The notes under the pieces: generated by a model | Seen by the model: only the letters and a program-made list of their open reading frames with translations | Told to the model about the DNA's origin: nothing | Database searches by the model: none | Shown here: in pieces, positions 33,260-42,093 of the stretch | How positions within the stretch are numbered: the first letter of the stretch is position 1 | Layout of the letters: every line of letters begins with the position of its first letter | Assembly: GCA_963785305.1 (NCBI GenBank) | Contig: CAWAUV010000005.1 | Coordinates: forward strand, 384,001-448,000 | DNA length: 64,000 nt | From: an uncultured Planctomycetaceae bacterium | GTDB lineage: Bacteria > Planctomycetota > Planctomycetia > Pirellulales > PALSA-1355 | Direction: 5' to 3' | Translations under genes and position numbers: made by a program

Positions 33260-34732
33260 ATGACTTGGTCGGCGTTCGTTCATTCGCTCCATGCGAATTG
33301 GCCCCATTGGCTCTTCTTGCTCTTTGTGTTGATCGTGCAATTGATCGGCGCCGCGCACGCCATCATGTACAAACGCGACCCGCGGGCAGCCGTGGCCTGG
33401 GTCGGGCTCATTTGGCTTAGCCCGCTGATCGGAGTGGTTCTGTATCTGCTGCTGGGCATCAATCGCGTTCAACGCAAAGCGGTGCGGCATCGGGTGCGCC
33501 GGGGTCGGCCGCGCCCGGCGTCGCCGGCGGAAAAAGCCTTCAATCCGCGGCCAGCCACGAATCCCGACGACCTGCCGGCCAATGCGCGGCGCTTGGCGCC
33601 GCTCGAACACCTAGTCGAGCAACTCACGGATCGCGACCTGCTGCACGGCAATCACATCGAACCGCTCGTCAATGGCGACGCCGCCTACCCGGCGATGCTC
33701 GCGGCGATCGATTCCGCCACGCAAACGCTCTCGCTCTGCACCTATATTTTCGACGATGATCGCATCGGCAAGCAATTCGTCGACGCGCTTGCGCGGGCGG
33801 TGAATCGCGGAGTTCAGGTGCGGGTGATCGTCGACGATATCGGGGCGCGCTATCATTTTCCCAGCGTTCGCTCGGCGCTTCGCGCGGCCAAGATACCATA
33901 TCGCAGCTTTCTGCCGAGCCTGCTGCCACGTCGCTATTCGAACCTGCGCACCCATCGCAAGCTGCTGATCGTCGATGGCCGCTTGGGCTTTGCCGGGGGG
34001 CTCAACATTCGCGAGGGTCATTGCCTGGCTCTCAAGCCCGCGGCCCCGATTCAGGACCTGCATTTTCGACTCGAAGGGCCGATCGTCTCGCAAATGCAAG
34101 AAGTGTTCTTGAACGATTGGGCCTTTTGCTCGGGCGAGACCCTCGAAGGTCCGAGTTGGTTTCCGGAATTGCGGCCGGCGGGAACTTCGCTGGCCCGGGG
34201 CATCTCGGCCGGTCCCGATGAAGATGTCGATAAGCGGCGCCTCACGCTGCAAGGGGCGATCGCCATGGCCCGCGGCTCGATCCTCGTGGTCACGCCCTAT
34301 TTCCTTCCCGACCATTCGCTGATTACGGCGCTCAATGTGGCGGCAGTCCGCGGGGTGACGGTCGATATCATTTTGCCGGAGAAGAACAATCTGACCACGG
34401 TGCGCTGGGCGTCGATGACGCTGTTCTGGCAGCTTTTGCAGCGCGGCTGCCGCATCTGGATGTCGCCGCCGCCCTTCGACCACACGAAACTCATGGTGAT
34501 CGACGACGCCTGGATGCTCTTCGGCTCGGGCAATTGGGACCCGCGCAGTTTGCGGCTCAATTTCGAGTTCGATATCGAATGCTACGGCGAGGAACTGCCG
34601 CCGCGGATGGCTGAGTTCGCGAAGCAAAAGCGCGACGCTTCGCGCCTGGTGACGCTGGCCGAAGTCGACGGCCGCAACCTGTTCGTCCGCCTACGCGATG
34701 GCATCGCGAGGCTGTTCACGCCGTTTTTGTAA
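33260..34732 (+). CDS. cls: Cardiolipin synthase / phospholipase D family
   Basis: N-terminal PLDc_N TMs; two HKD motifs HRKLLIVDG and HTKLMVIDD; GSGNWDPRSLRLNFE. Confidence 0.9.
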   Translation: MTWSAFVHSLHANWPHWLFLLFVLIVQLIGAAHAIMYKRDPRAAVAWVGLIWLSPLIGVVLYLLLGINRVQRKAVRHRVRRGRPRPASPAEKAFNPRPATNPDDLPANARRLAPLEHLVEQLTDRDLLHGNHIEPLVNGDAAYPAMLAAIDSATQTLSLCTYIFDDDRIGKQFVDALARAVNRGVQVRVIVDDIGARYHFPSVRSALRAAKIPYRSFLPSLLPRRYSNLRTHRKLLIVDGRLGFAGGLNIREGHCLALKPAAPIQDLHFRLEGPIVSQMQEVFLNDWAFCSGETLEGPSWFPELRPAGTSLARGISAGPDEDVDKRRLTLQGAIAMARGSILVVTPYFLPDHSLITALNVAAVRGVTVDIILPEKNNLTTVRWASMTLFWQLLQRGCRIWMSPPPFDHTKLMVIDDAWMLFGSGNWDPRSLRLNFEFDIECYGEELPPRMAEFAKQKRDASRLVTLAEVDGRNLFVRLRDGIARLFTPFL

Positions 34733-35003
34733 AGGCGCCTTCGCGATTGAATACGCCGAGTCGACGGGAACCGGCTTCGTTTGGCGCGCTAAACGTTTCT
34801 CGGCGCCAACATCCTGACATTCGGGCGGTTGTTGCCTCTTCGCTCCAAATTCGCGAAAAATCCGGCGGCCGCGCGTGCGAGCGCGGAGTTTTTGGCGCCG
34901 GGTCTTGGGAGGTTCGGCTTGGTTTGCTATTCTTTGGGTCGTGGGGCGGCGTGTTTCCGATGCACGCGCGACGGGAATCGTCGACACGACGCCGTCCACG
35001 CGT

Positions 35004-35075
35004 GCGGGAGTAACTCAGTGGTAGAGTATTGCCTTCCCAAGGCAACTGTCGAGGGTTCGATCCCCTTCTCCCGCT
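35004..35075 (+). tRNA. tRNA-Gly (anticodon CCC); CCA not encoded
   Basis: Acceptor stem gcgggag/ctcccgc, D-arm actcagtggtagagt, anticodon arm ttgcc-ttCCCaa-ggcaa (CCC at 35036-35038), T-arm gagggttcgatcccctt. Confidence 0.96.
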
Positions 35076-35090
35076 CTTGCGTGTTTTTCT

Positions 35091-35109
35091 GAATCACCGC
35101 CGGTGATTC
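35091..35109 (+). terminator. Hairpin downstream of the tRNA (possible terminator or processing stem)
   Basis: gaatcacc-gcc-ggtgattc perfect 8-bp stem, no following U-tract. Confidence 0.35.
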
Positions 35110-35158
35110 GGGCTGGCCGACGTGAATGCCGCGGGGCGAATTCGCTTCGCGCATCTCA

Positions 35159-35312
35159 AGCAGCCTGTTTACAAATGCCTTCGTGGCATTTGTAAACCTC
35201 GCCAAGGCGCCGAGCAAAGCTCGTCGCGGCTCGCAAAATAACGACTGACGTCGTTCTTTTGACACCGCATCCGTGCGGCGGCGCAGCCTGTTGGATATTT
35301 CGACAGGCTGCT
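35159..35312. mobile_element. About 154-bp non-autonomous MITE/REP-like element
   Basis: 10-bp terminal inverted repeat agcagcctgt/acaggctgct, perfect 13-bp internal hairpin 35167-35197, terminal hairpin 35283-35311; the right-end segment recurs at 60244-60278. Confidence 0.7.
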
Positions 35313-35363
35313 AGCCCGCTGGCGCCGCGGCCGTTGTCGGCTACAATGGTCTTCGGCCGCGGC

Positions 35364-35530
35364 GAGTCTTCGCTAACGTGACTCTCCGTCGCTTTCCTTG
35401 GCATCCCGCGATCTTCGAACACCGAAACGGACCCACGGGCCGTTAGGGGCGAGGGTCATCGAACTACCGGTCGCCGCCGCGCCGTTGGCGCGCTGCGCGA
35501 GTGGCCGGTTCGTTGCGTCAAGGAAGCGAT
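35364..35530 (+). ncRNA. Candidate structured leader RNA upstream of gcvT (unassigned)
   Basis: TACAAT at 35342-35347; stem 35389-35402/35517-35529 enclosing hairpins 35426-35444 and 35460-35512. Confidence 0.3.
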
Positions 35531-35625
35531 CGAAAGCCGCCGCCGACCCACGCGGCCCAAGAAGTGTCGCGACTGAAAAGTCCAGCGGCCATAAATCAGG
35601 ATTCTCCCCAGCCCGGATGCACTCG

Positions 35626-36807
35626 ATGACCCAAGCGCTCGCCAAAACACCGCTCCACGCGTGGCATGTCGAAAACGGCGGCCGGATGGTCGATTTCGCG
35701 GGCTGGTCGATGCCAGTGCAATACGGCTCGATCGTGGCGGAGCACGAAGCCACGCGCACCGTGGCCGGCCTGTTCGATGTGTCGCACATGGCCCGGTTTC
35801 ATTTTCACGGCCCCGGCGCCGAGCGGCTGCTCGATCGGCTCGTGACGCGTTCGGTCCGCCGTCTGCCGCTGGGCCGCATTTGCTACGCGCTCATGACCAA
35901 CGAAGCCGGCGGTATTCTCGACGATGTGCTCGTCTACCGCCTCGCCGCTCGGCCGGCAAACGCTTCGCACGCCTCGCCGCTGGGCGAACAGACAAGCCCC
36001 GCGGCGTCGAGCACTTCAGGAGGCGACTGGTTCCAGCTCGTGGTCAATGCCAGCAATCGGGCCAAAATCTGGAGCTGGATCGAAAGCCATCGCCAAAACG
36101 GCGATGAGGCCGATGTGCGCGATATGACCGTGGAAACCGCCATGATCGCGGTGCAAGGTCCCCGGGCCATCGAGCTCTTGCGACCGATGACGACCAGCGA
36201 CCCGGCCGAACTGAAATACTACAGCGGCGCCACCATGCCGGTGCTAGGCGCTCCGACGCTCGTGAGCCGCACCGGCTACACGGGCGAAGACGGTTGGGAG
36301 CTCGTCACCCGGGCAAGCGCGGCGACCGAAGTCTGGCAAAATCTACTCGAATGGGGCCGGCATCTCGGCGCCAGGCCGGCGGGGCTCGGCTGCCGCGATA
36401 CGCTGCGGCTCGAAGCCGCGATGCCGCTCTATGGCCACGAGCTCTCGGAATCGATCAATCCGATCCAGGCCGGACTGAAATTCGCCGTCGAGCTCGAAGA
36501 CCATCGATTCATCGGCCGCGAGGCGCTCGAGCGACTGGCCGCCGATGCCACCCTGCCGCGCCGTGTGGGCTGGGATGTCTCGGGCCCGCGACCGGCCCGC
36601 GAGGGCGCGAGTGTGCTGGCCGAAGGGCGCGTCGTGGGGCAAGTGACCAGCGGCACGATGGCGCCAAGCTTGCGGCGGCCGATCGCCATGGGTTTTGTCG
36701 AGCCGGGCTTCGCGGCGGTTGGAACGGAAATGCTGATCGACATTCGCGGCAGCCGGACTCCGGCCAAAGTGGTCAAGCTGCCTTTCTACCGCCGCAAGAC
36801 CTGCTGA
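35626..36807 (+). CDS. gcvT: Glycine cleavage system aminomethyltransferase T
   Basis: KTPLH, FAGWSMPVQY, FDVSHM, SRTGYTGEDG, RDTLRLEAAMPLYGHE. Confidence 0.96.
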   Translation: MTQALAKTPLHAWHVENGGRMVDFAGWSMPVQYGSIVAEHEATRTVAGLFDVSHMARFHFHGPGAERLLDRLVTRSVRRLPLGRICYALMTNEAGGILDDVLVYRLAARPANASHASPLGEQTSPAASSTSGGDWFQLVVNASNRAKIWSWIESHRQNGDEADVRDMTVETAMIAVQGPRAIELLRPMTTSDPAELKYYSGATMPVLGAPTLVSRTGYTGEDGWELVTRASAATEVWQNLLEWGRHLGARPAGLGCRDTLRLEAAMPLYGHELSESINPIQAGLKFAVELEDHRFIGREALERLAADATLPRRVGWDVSGPRPAREGASVLAEGRVVGQVTSGTMAPSLRRPIAMGFVEPGFAAVGTEMLIDIRGSRTPAKVVKLPFYRRKTC

Positions 36808-36841
36808 GGAACGGACCAAAAATGACATCCTGATTCGTTTA

Positions 36842-36875
36842 CCGCTCGCCCGACCCTCTCCCAAAGGGAGAGGGG
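36842..36875 (+). repeat. REP-like palindrome CCCTCTCCC-nnn-GGGAGAGGG
   Basis: Perfect 9-bp stem 36854-36862/36866-36874 with pyrimidine-rich leader; degenerate copy on the minus strand at 49461-49500. Confidence 0.65.
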
Positions 36876-36949
36876 TTCGAGGAGAAGTTGTTTTTAGTCT
36901 GTTGCTGACGCGCTTCCGGTGTTTTTCAAATCAAGGAAAGGTTGACTCC

Positions 36950-37351
36950 GTGAAACTCGAAAACCTGCTCTACGCGAAAACTCACGAATGGCTGGCCCTG
37001 GGCGAGGATGTGTCCGGCGGGCGAATCGCCACGATCGGCATCTCGAAGTTCGCCGTCGAAGCGCTGACTGATCTGGTGTACATCGAGCTGCCGCCCATTG
37101 GTCGGAAGCTTGCGGCCGGTGAATCGTTTGGCGAAATCGAATCGGTCAAGGCCGTGAGCGATCTGTATTCGCCCGTGGCTGGCGAAGTGGTCGAGGTGAA
37201 TAGCGCCCTCAAAGGCCACCTCGAAACGCTAAACACCGACCCCTACGAAGCCGGCTGGATGATCAAGCTCAAAGTGACTGACGACTCCGGCCAGGCGGCG
37301 CTGATGACCCACGCCGACTACGAGAAGCAGTGCGCCGAGGAAGGCCATTGA
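36950..37351 (+). CDS. gcvH: Glycine cleavage system H protein
   Basis: THEW, lipoyl-lysine motif ESVKAVSDLYSPV, DPYEAGWMIK; GTG start after AAGGAAAGG. Confidence 0.96.
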   Translation: MKLENLLYAKTHEWLALGEDVSGGRIATIGISKFAVEALTDLVYIELPPIGRKLAAGESFGEIESVKAVSDLYSPVAGEVVEVNSALKGHLETLNTDPYEAGWMIKLKVTDDSGQAALMTHADYEKQCAEEGH

Positions 37352-37435
37352 AGAACCATGTGCCCATGGTGGCAATTGCATATCGAGTCCGAGAAGCGCC
37401 TCGCTGCGGCCTGAAATCCTTTTTTCGAGAACTCC

Positions 37436-38780
37436 ATGCCCTATATCGCCAACACGCCCGACGATCAGCAAGCGATGCTGCGATCGATCGGCATCGGCTC
37501 GCTGGAAGAATTGTTCGCGGTGATTCCGAGCACCCTGCAGCTGCAGCGCCCGCTGGAGATTCCGCCGGCGCTCGGCGAAATGGAGCTTTCGGCCCATATG
37601 GCGGGGTTGGCGTCGCGTAATGCGCCGCCGGGCGAAAAGACATGCTTCTTGGGCGGCGGTAGCTACGACCATTTTATTCCGGCGGTGGTCGACGCCATCG
37701 CCTCGCGCGGAGAATTCTATACCTCCTACACGCCTTACCAGCCCGAGGCCAGCCAGGGCAATCTGCAGGCGTTTTTCGAATACCAAACTCTGATTACGCA
37801 GCTCACCGGCATGGACGTGTCCAACGCCAGCCTCTACGACGGCGGCAGCGCGGTTGCCGAAGCGGTGCTCATGGCCACCAGCGCCACCGGTCGTTCGCGC
37901 GTGGTCACGGCCGCGAGCGTGCATCCCGAGTATCGCCAGACGGTGGCCACGTATTTCACCCACATGGGCGGCGATATCGTCACCCTCGCCACTCCTCGCG
38001 GAACCGTCGCGCCGGCGGAACTGAAGCAAGCGCTCAATCGCGACACGGCTTGCGTGGTGGTGCAGCAGCCGAATTTTTTCGGCTCGCTCGAAGACATGGA
38101 AGCGCTGGCAGCCGCGGCCCATGAAGTGGGCGCCTTGCTGATCGTGTCGGTCGATCCGCTCAGCTTGGGCATCTTGCCGGCCGGGTGACTATGGCGCCGA
38201 CATCGTCGTGGCCGAAGGACAATCGCTCGGTAGCCCGATGAGCTTCGGCGGGCCCTATTTGGGCATCATGGCCTGCCGCGAGCAATTCGTGCGCCGCATG
38301 CCAGGCCGCATCGCCGGCCAGACGGTCGATAGCCGTGGCGTCCGTTGCTGGGTGCTCACCTTGCAAACCCGCGAGCAACATATTCGCCGCGAGAAGGCGA
38401 CGAGCAATATCTGCACGAACCAGGGCCTGTTTGCCCTCAGGGCAACGATCTATCTCGCGTCGCTTGGACCGCGCGGACTGCGTGAACTGGCTTCGCTCTG
38501 CCTGCAAAAAAGCCGCTATGCGCTCGAGCAAATTACGACCCGGGCCGGCTTCACGCCGGCGTTCAATGGGCCGACGTTCAAGGAATTCGTGGTGCGGGCG
38601 CCAGCCGGCGCGTTGGCGGAACGATTGGCAAAATCGCTTGAGCGTGGCTACTTGGCCGGCGTGTCGCTCGAGCGCTGGTATCCCGAACTCAAGGATTGTC
38701 TGCTCGTGGCGGTCACCGAAAAACGCACGCAGGCGGAAATCGATGGGCTGGCGGCTGCTTTGGGGGGTAATAGTTCGTGA
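37436..38780 (+). CDS. gcvPA: Glycine dehydrogenase subunit 1 (frameshift near 38180)
   Basis: YTPYQPEASQG, NASLYDG, QPNFFG, GGPYLG, REQHIRREKATSNICTNQ. Confidence 0.93.
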
Positions 38781-38781
38781 C

Positions 38782-38838
38782 TTGAAACGCTCTGGCGTCG
38801 CGAAGCTGGTGACCATTCACTACCTTGACGGAGAGTGA
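38782..38838 (+). pseudogene. Probable 3' remnant of a small toxin-like gene (DUF4258-like C-terminus)
   Basis: Reads LKRSGVAKLVTIHYLDGE*, with its TGA overlapping the ATG of the next gene (TGATG). The family resemblance is from recall. Confidence 0.4.
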
Positions 38839-39068
38839 TGATGCGCATTTCCGGAAAACGCATTCGACGGACGCGTCTTATTCAAAGCGAAAAATACGTC
38901 ATAGCGGTCGAGATCGAAATGGTGATCCCCGACGACGATTCCAACGAGCCCTGCCTCGAGGCCGAGACTGTCCAGCTTCTGCGAGACATCAAGGAGCATG
39001 CCGACCGCGGGGATCTCGAATGGCTGACCGAAAAAGGGAAGGTCTACAGGTCGCTGGAGGCGGCATGA
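38838..39068 (+). CDS. Small hypothetical protein, probable antitoxin-type partner of a DUF4258-like toxin
   Basis: GGAGA RBS; RTRLIQSEKYVIAVEIEMV..EPCLE..GDLEWLTEKGKVY; lower GC than the flanks. Confidence 0.6.
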   Translation: MMRISGKRIRRTRLIQSEKYVIAVEIEMVIPDDDSNEPCLEAETVQLLRDIKEHADRGDLEWLTEKGKVYRSLEAA

Positions 39069-39179
39069 CTCGCGTGCTCGATTTTGCGCAGGGGAGCGGC
39101 GAGACGCTTCGCCACGACGCATCCAACGAAGTGAGTTCCCTTTGTTTCTTCAGGCGCCGAAAAGGCGCGGGTAGGAATC

Positions 39180-39779
39180 ATGAAAGCGGTGTTGGTCGAA
39201 GTCCCCGTGATTCTCTCCGATTGGCGCAAAGCGACCGGCGCCGATCGGTATGACGAATCCTGGGATGGAGTGCTGCATATGGGCCCGACGCCGAACCGCG
39301 CGCATCAAGATTTGGAGTGGGCGCTCGAAACTTGGCTGCGCATGCATTGGTCGCCGCCAAGCGGCGGAAGAGTTTATCATCAAATCAACGTCGCCTCGGT
39401 TGGCGGCTGGCCGAACAATTACCGCATTCCCGATCTCGTGCTCCTGCTGCCCGACCGATTCGCCATCGACCGCAACGAGTTCTTCGAGGGCGGCCCGAGC
39501 GCGGTGGTCGAGATTCGCTCTCCCGGCGATGAATCGCTGGAGAAGCTGCCCTTTTACGCGGCTATCGGCGTGCCGGAGGTCTGGATCATCGATCGCGATA
39601 CCCGAGAGCCGCGGCTGCATATCTTGACTCCCAGCGGCTATCAAAACCCGGCGGCGGATTCCACCGGCTGGCTGAGTAGTTCGCTGGGCGTCGAGCTGCG
39701 CCGCTCGCCCGACGACAAGCTGCTGATCCGACTCGCCGCGGACCATGGTTCGCAAGGCGCATTGCCGGGCGATCGATAA
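39180..39779 (+). CDS. Uma2 family (PD-(D/E)XK) endonuclease
   Basis: ESWDGVLHMGPTPNRAHQ, RIPDL, VVEIRSPGD, KLPFYAAIGVPEVWIID. Confidence 0.9.
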   Translation: MKAVLVEVPVILSDWRKATGADRYDESWDGVLHMGPTPNRAHQDLEWALETWLRMHWSPPSGGRVYHQINVASVGGWPNNYRIPDLVLLLPDRFAIDRNEFFEGGPSAVVEIRSPGDESLEKLPFYAAIGVPEVWIIDRDTREPRLHILTPSGYQNPAADSTGWLSSSLGVELRRSPDDKLLIRLAADHGSQGALPGDR

Positions 39780-39825
39780 CCTCCGCGTTCCGACCATGCC
39801 CGAACTTTCCCCGAGTAATTGATTC

Positions 39826-41279
39826 ATGCGAAACAAGCAAGCCACGCAGTTGTTGTTCGAGCTTTCTCATCCGGGTCGCCGCGGCGTCGTGTTCCCAGTG
39901 GCCGATGTGCCCACGCGGCCCGAGAGCGAATTGATACCGCCGAGCCTGCTCGCCGCCGAGCCGCCGCCGCTTCCGGAGTTGACCGAGCCCGACGTGGTGC
40001 GGCATTTCACGAATCTGTCGACGCTCAACATGTCGGTCGACACGCACTTCTACCCGCTCGGCTCCTGCACGATGAAATACAACCCCAAGCGCAACGAGCG
40101 GCTAGCCTCGTTGCCGGGTCTGGTGAATCTGCATCCCTATCAGCCCGACGAAACGATCCAGGGCCTGCTCGAAATGCTCTATGACCTCGAGCGCATGTTG
40201 GCCGAAATCGCGGGCCTGCCCGCCGTTTCGCTCCAGCCTGCCGCCGGGCGCATGGCGAATTCGCGGCGCTGCTCGTGGCGGCGGCTTATTTCCAGCAGCG
40301 TGGCGAGCGGCGCGTGACCGTGCTCTCGCCCGACAGCGCGCATGGCACGAATCCGGCCAGCGCCGCCATGGCCGGCTTCGCCACCGCCACGATCAAGAGC
40401 ACCGCGAGCGGCTATGTCGATATGCGCGACCTAGCCGCCAAGCTCAATCGCGATGTGGCGGTGCTCATGATTACGAATCCCAACACGCTCGGCATGTTCG
40501 ATCGGCACATCGCCGAGATTGCCGAGGCGGTGCATGAAGTGGGCGGGCTCGTGTATCTCGACGGCGCGAATATGAACGCGATTCTCGGCATCGCCCGGCC
40601 CGGCGATTTCGGCGCCGACATGATGCACTTCAACCCGCACAAAACGTTCAGCGGCCCCCATGGCGGCGGCGGTCCTGGCGCCGGACCCATCGCGGTGGCG
40701 AGCCACTTGGCGCCGTTTCTGCCCGCGCCATGGATCGAAAAGCGCGACGGCAAATTCGCGCTCGAATACAACTGCCCGCAATCGATCGGCCGGGTGCGGA
40801 GTTTCTTCGGCAATGTGGGCGTCTTGGTGCGGGCCTATTGCTATCTCCGCAGCCACGGTCCCGACGGGCTGAAGCGCGTTTCGGAAAACGCCGTGCTGAA
40901 CGCGAATTATCTGCTGAGTCTGGTGAAGAAAGTGTTCGCCGTTCCGCAAGGCGATCGCTGCATGCACGAATTCGTGGCCAGCGCAGCGGCGCTCAAGGCC
41001 GAGCGCGGCGTGTCGGCGATGGATATCGCCAAGCGGCTGCTCGACTACGGCTTTCACGCGCCGACCGTTTATTTTCCGCCGATCGTCAAGGAAGCGATGA
41101 TGATCGAACCGACCGAAACCGAAAGCAAATCCACTCTCGACGCCTTCGCCGAAACGTTGCTGGCGATCTCCGCCGAGCCGCCGGAGTTGGTGCGCTCGGC
41201 GCCGCACTCGACCGCGATCCGCCGGCCCGACGAAGTTCGCGCCGCGCGTCAGCCGCGCATGGCCTGGCGGCCGGATTGA
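39826..41279 (+). CDS. gcvPB: Glycine dehydrogenase subunit 2 (frameshift near 40248)
   Basis: YPLGSCTMKYNPK, SAHGTNPASA, YLDGANMNA, PLP lysine HFNPHKTFSGPHGGGGPG, MIEPTETE. Confidence 0.93.
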
Positions 41280-41308
41280 GTGTCGTGGCGCTATCGGAAG
41301 AAACCATC

Positions 41309-42087
41309 ATGCCGCGAGCCGCGAGCGATCGACATTCGGCGAGGCTGCTTGTCGATGGACCGGCGAGCGGCGCGTGGAATATGGCGGTCGATGAAACTCT
41401 GCTCGAGGCGGCCGAAGCGGGCGAGTGCTGGCTGCGCTTCTACGAGTGGCAGGAACCCACGCTCTCGCTCGGCTATTTCCAGCCGTTCGACGAGCGCCGC
41501 TCGCATTTTGCCAGTCGAGCATGCCCGCTGGTGCGAAGGACCAGTGGCGGCGGCGCGATCGTGCATGACGACGAACTGACCTATCTCCTCGCGATCCCGG
41601 CCGGGAGCCCTCTCGCCTCGAGCCGCGATCGCTCTATGGTCTCTTGCACGATTCGCTTACCCGAGCGCTGGCCCGCTGGCGGATCGACGCCGAACTGTGT
41701 CGCGAACCCAAGCCGCTTGGCGCCGCGGAACCGTTTCTGTGCTTTCTGCGCCGAGCCGATGGTGATGTGCTGCTGCCCGGGGGGCGGCGCGACCAAGGCG
41801 CCGCGAAAATCTGCGGCAGCGCCCAGCGGCGCAGTCGCGGCGCCATTGCCCAACATGGCAGCTTGCTCTTGGCCCGGTCGCCAGCGGCGCCCGAACTGCC
41901 GGGAATCGCCGAATGTTCGGGAGTGCGGCTCGCGGCGGCGGAAATCCGAACGGCGTGGGTCGCGCAGCTCGAAGCGTCGCTCGGACTCGAATGCATCGCC
42001 GCCACGCTCTCCGACTCCCAACGGGCGCGGGTGCAAACACTCGCAATCGAGAAATACGATAGCGCCGCTTGGAACCGCCGGCGCTGA
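41309..42087 (+). CDS. Lipoate-protein ligase / octanoyltransferase (LplA/LipM-like; frameshift near 41635)
   Basis: WNMAVDETLL, LRFYEW..PTLSLGYFQ, VRRTSGGGAIVHD, KICGSAQRR, QHGSLL. Confidence 0.85.
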
Positions 42088-42093
42088 CGCTAT

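Noticed and set aside
35004..35312. tRNA-anchored genomic island or prophage
   Set aside because: No integrase, no duplicated tRNA 3' end in the window, and housekeeping genes follow
35313..35625. Canonical glycine riboswitch before gcvT
   Set aside because: The conserved GGAGA, CCGAAG and CTCTCAGG elements were not found; reported instead as an unassigned structured leader
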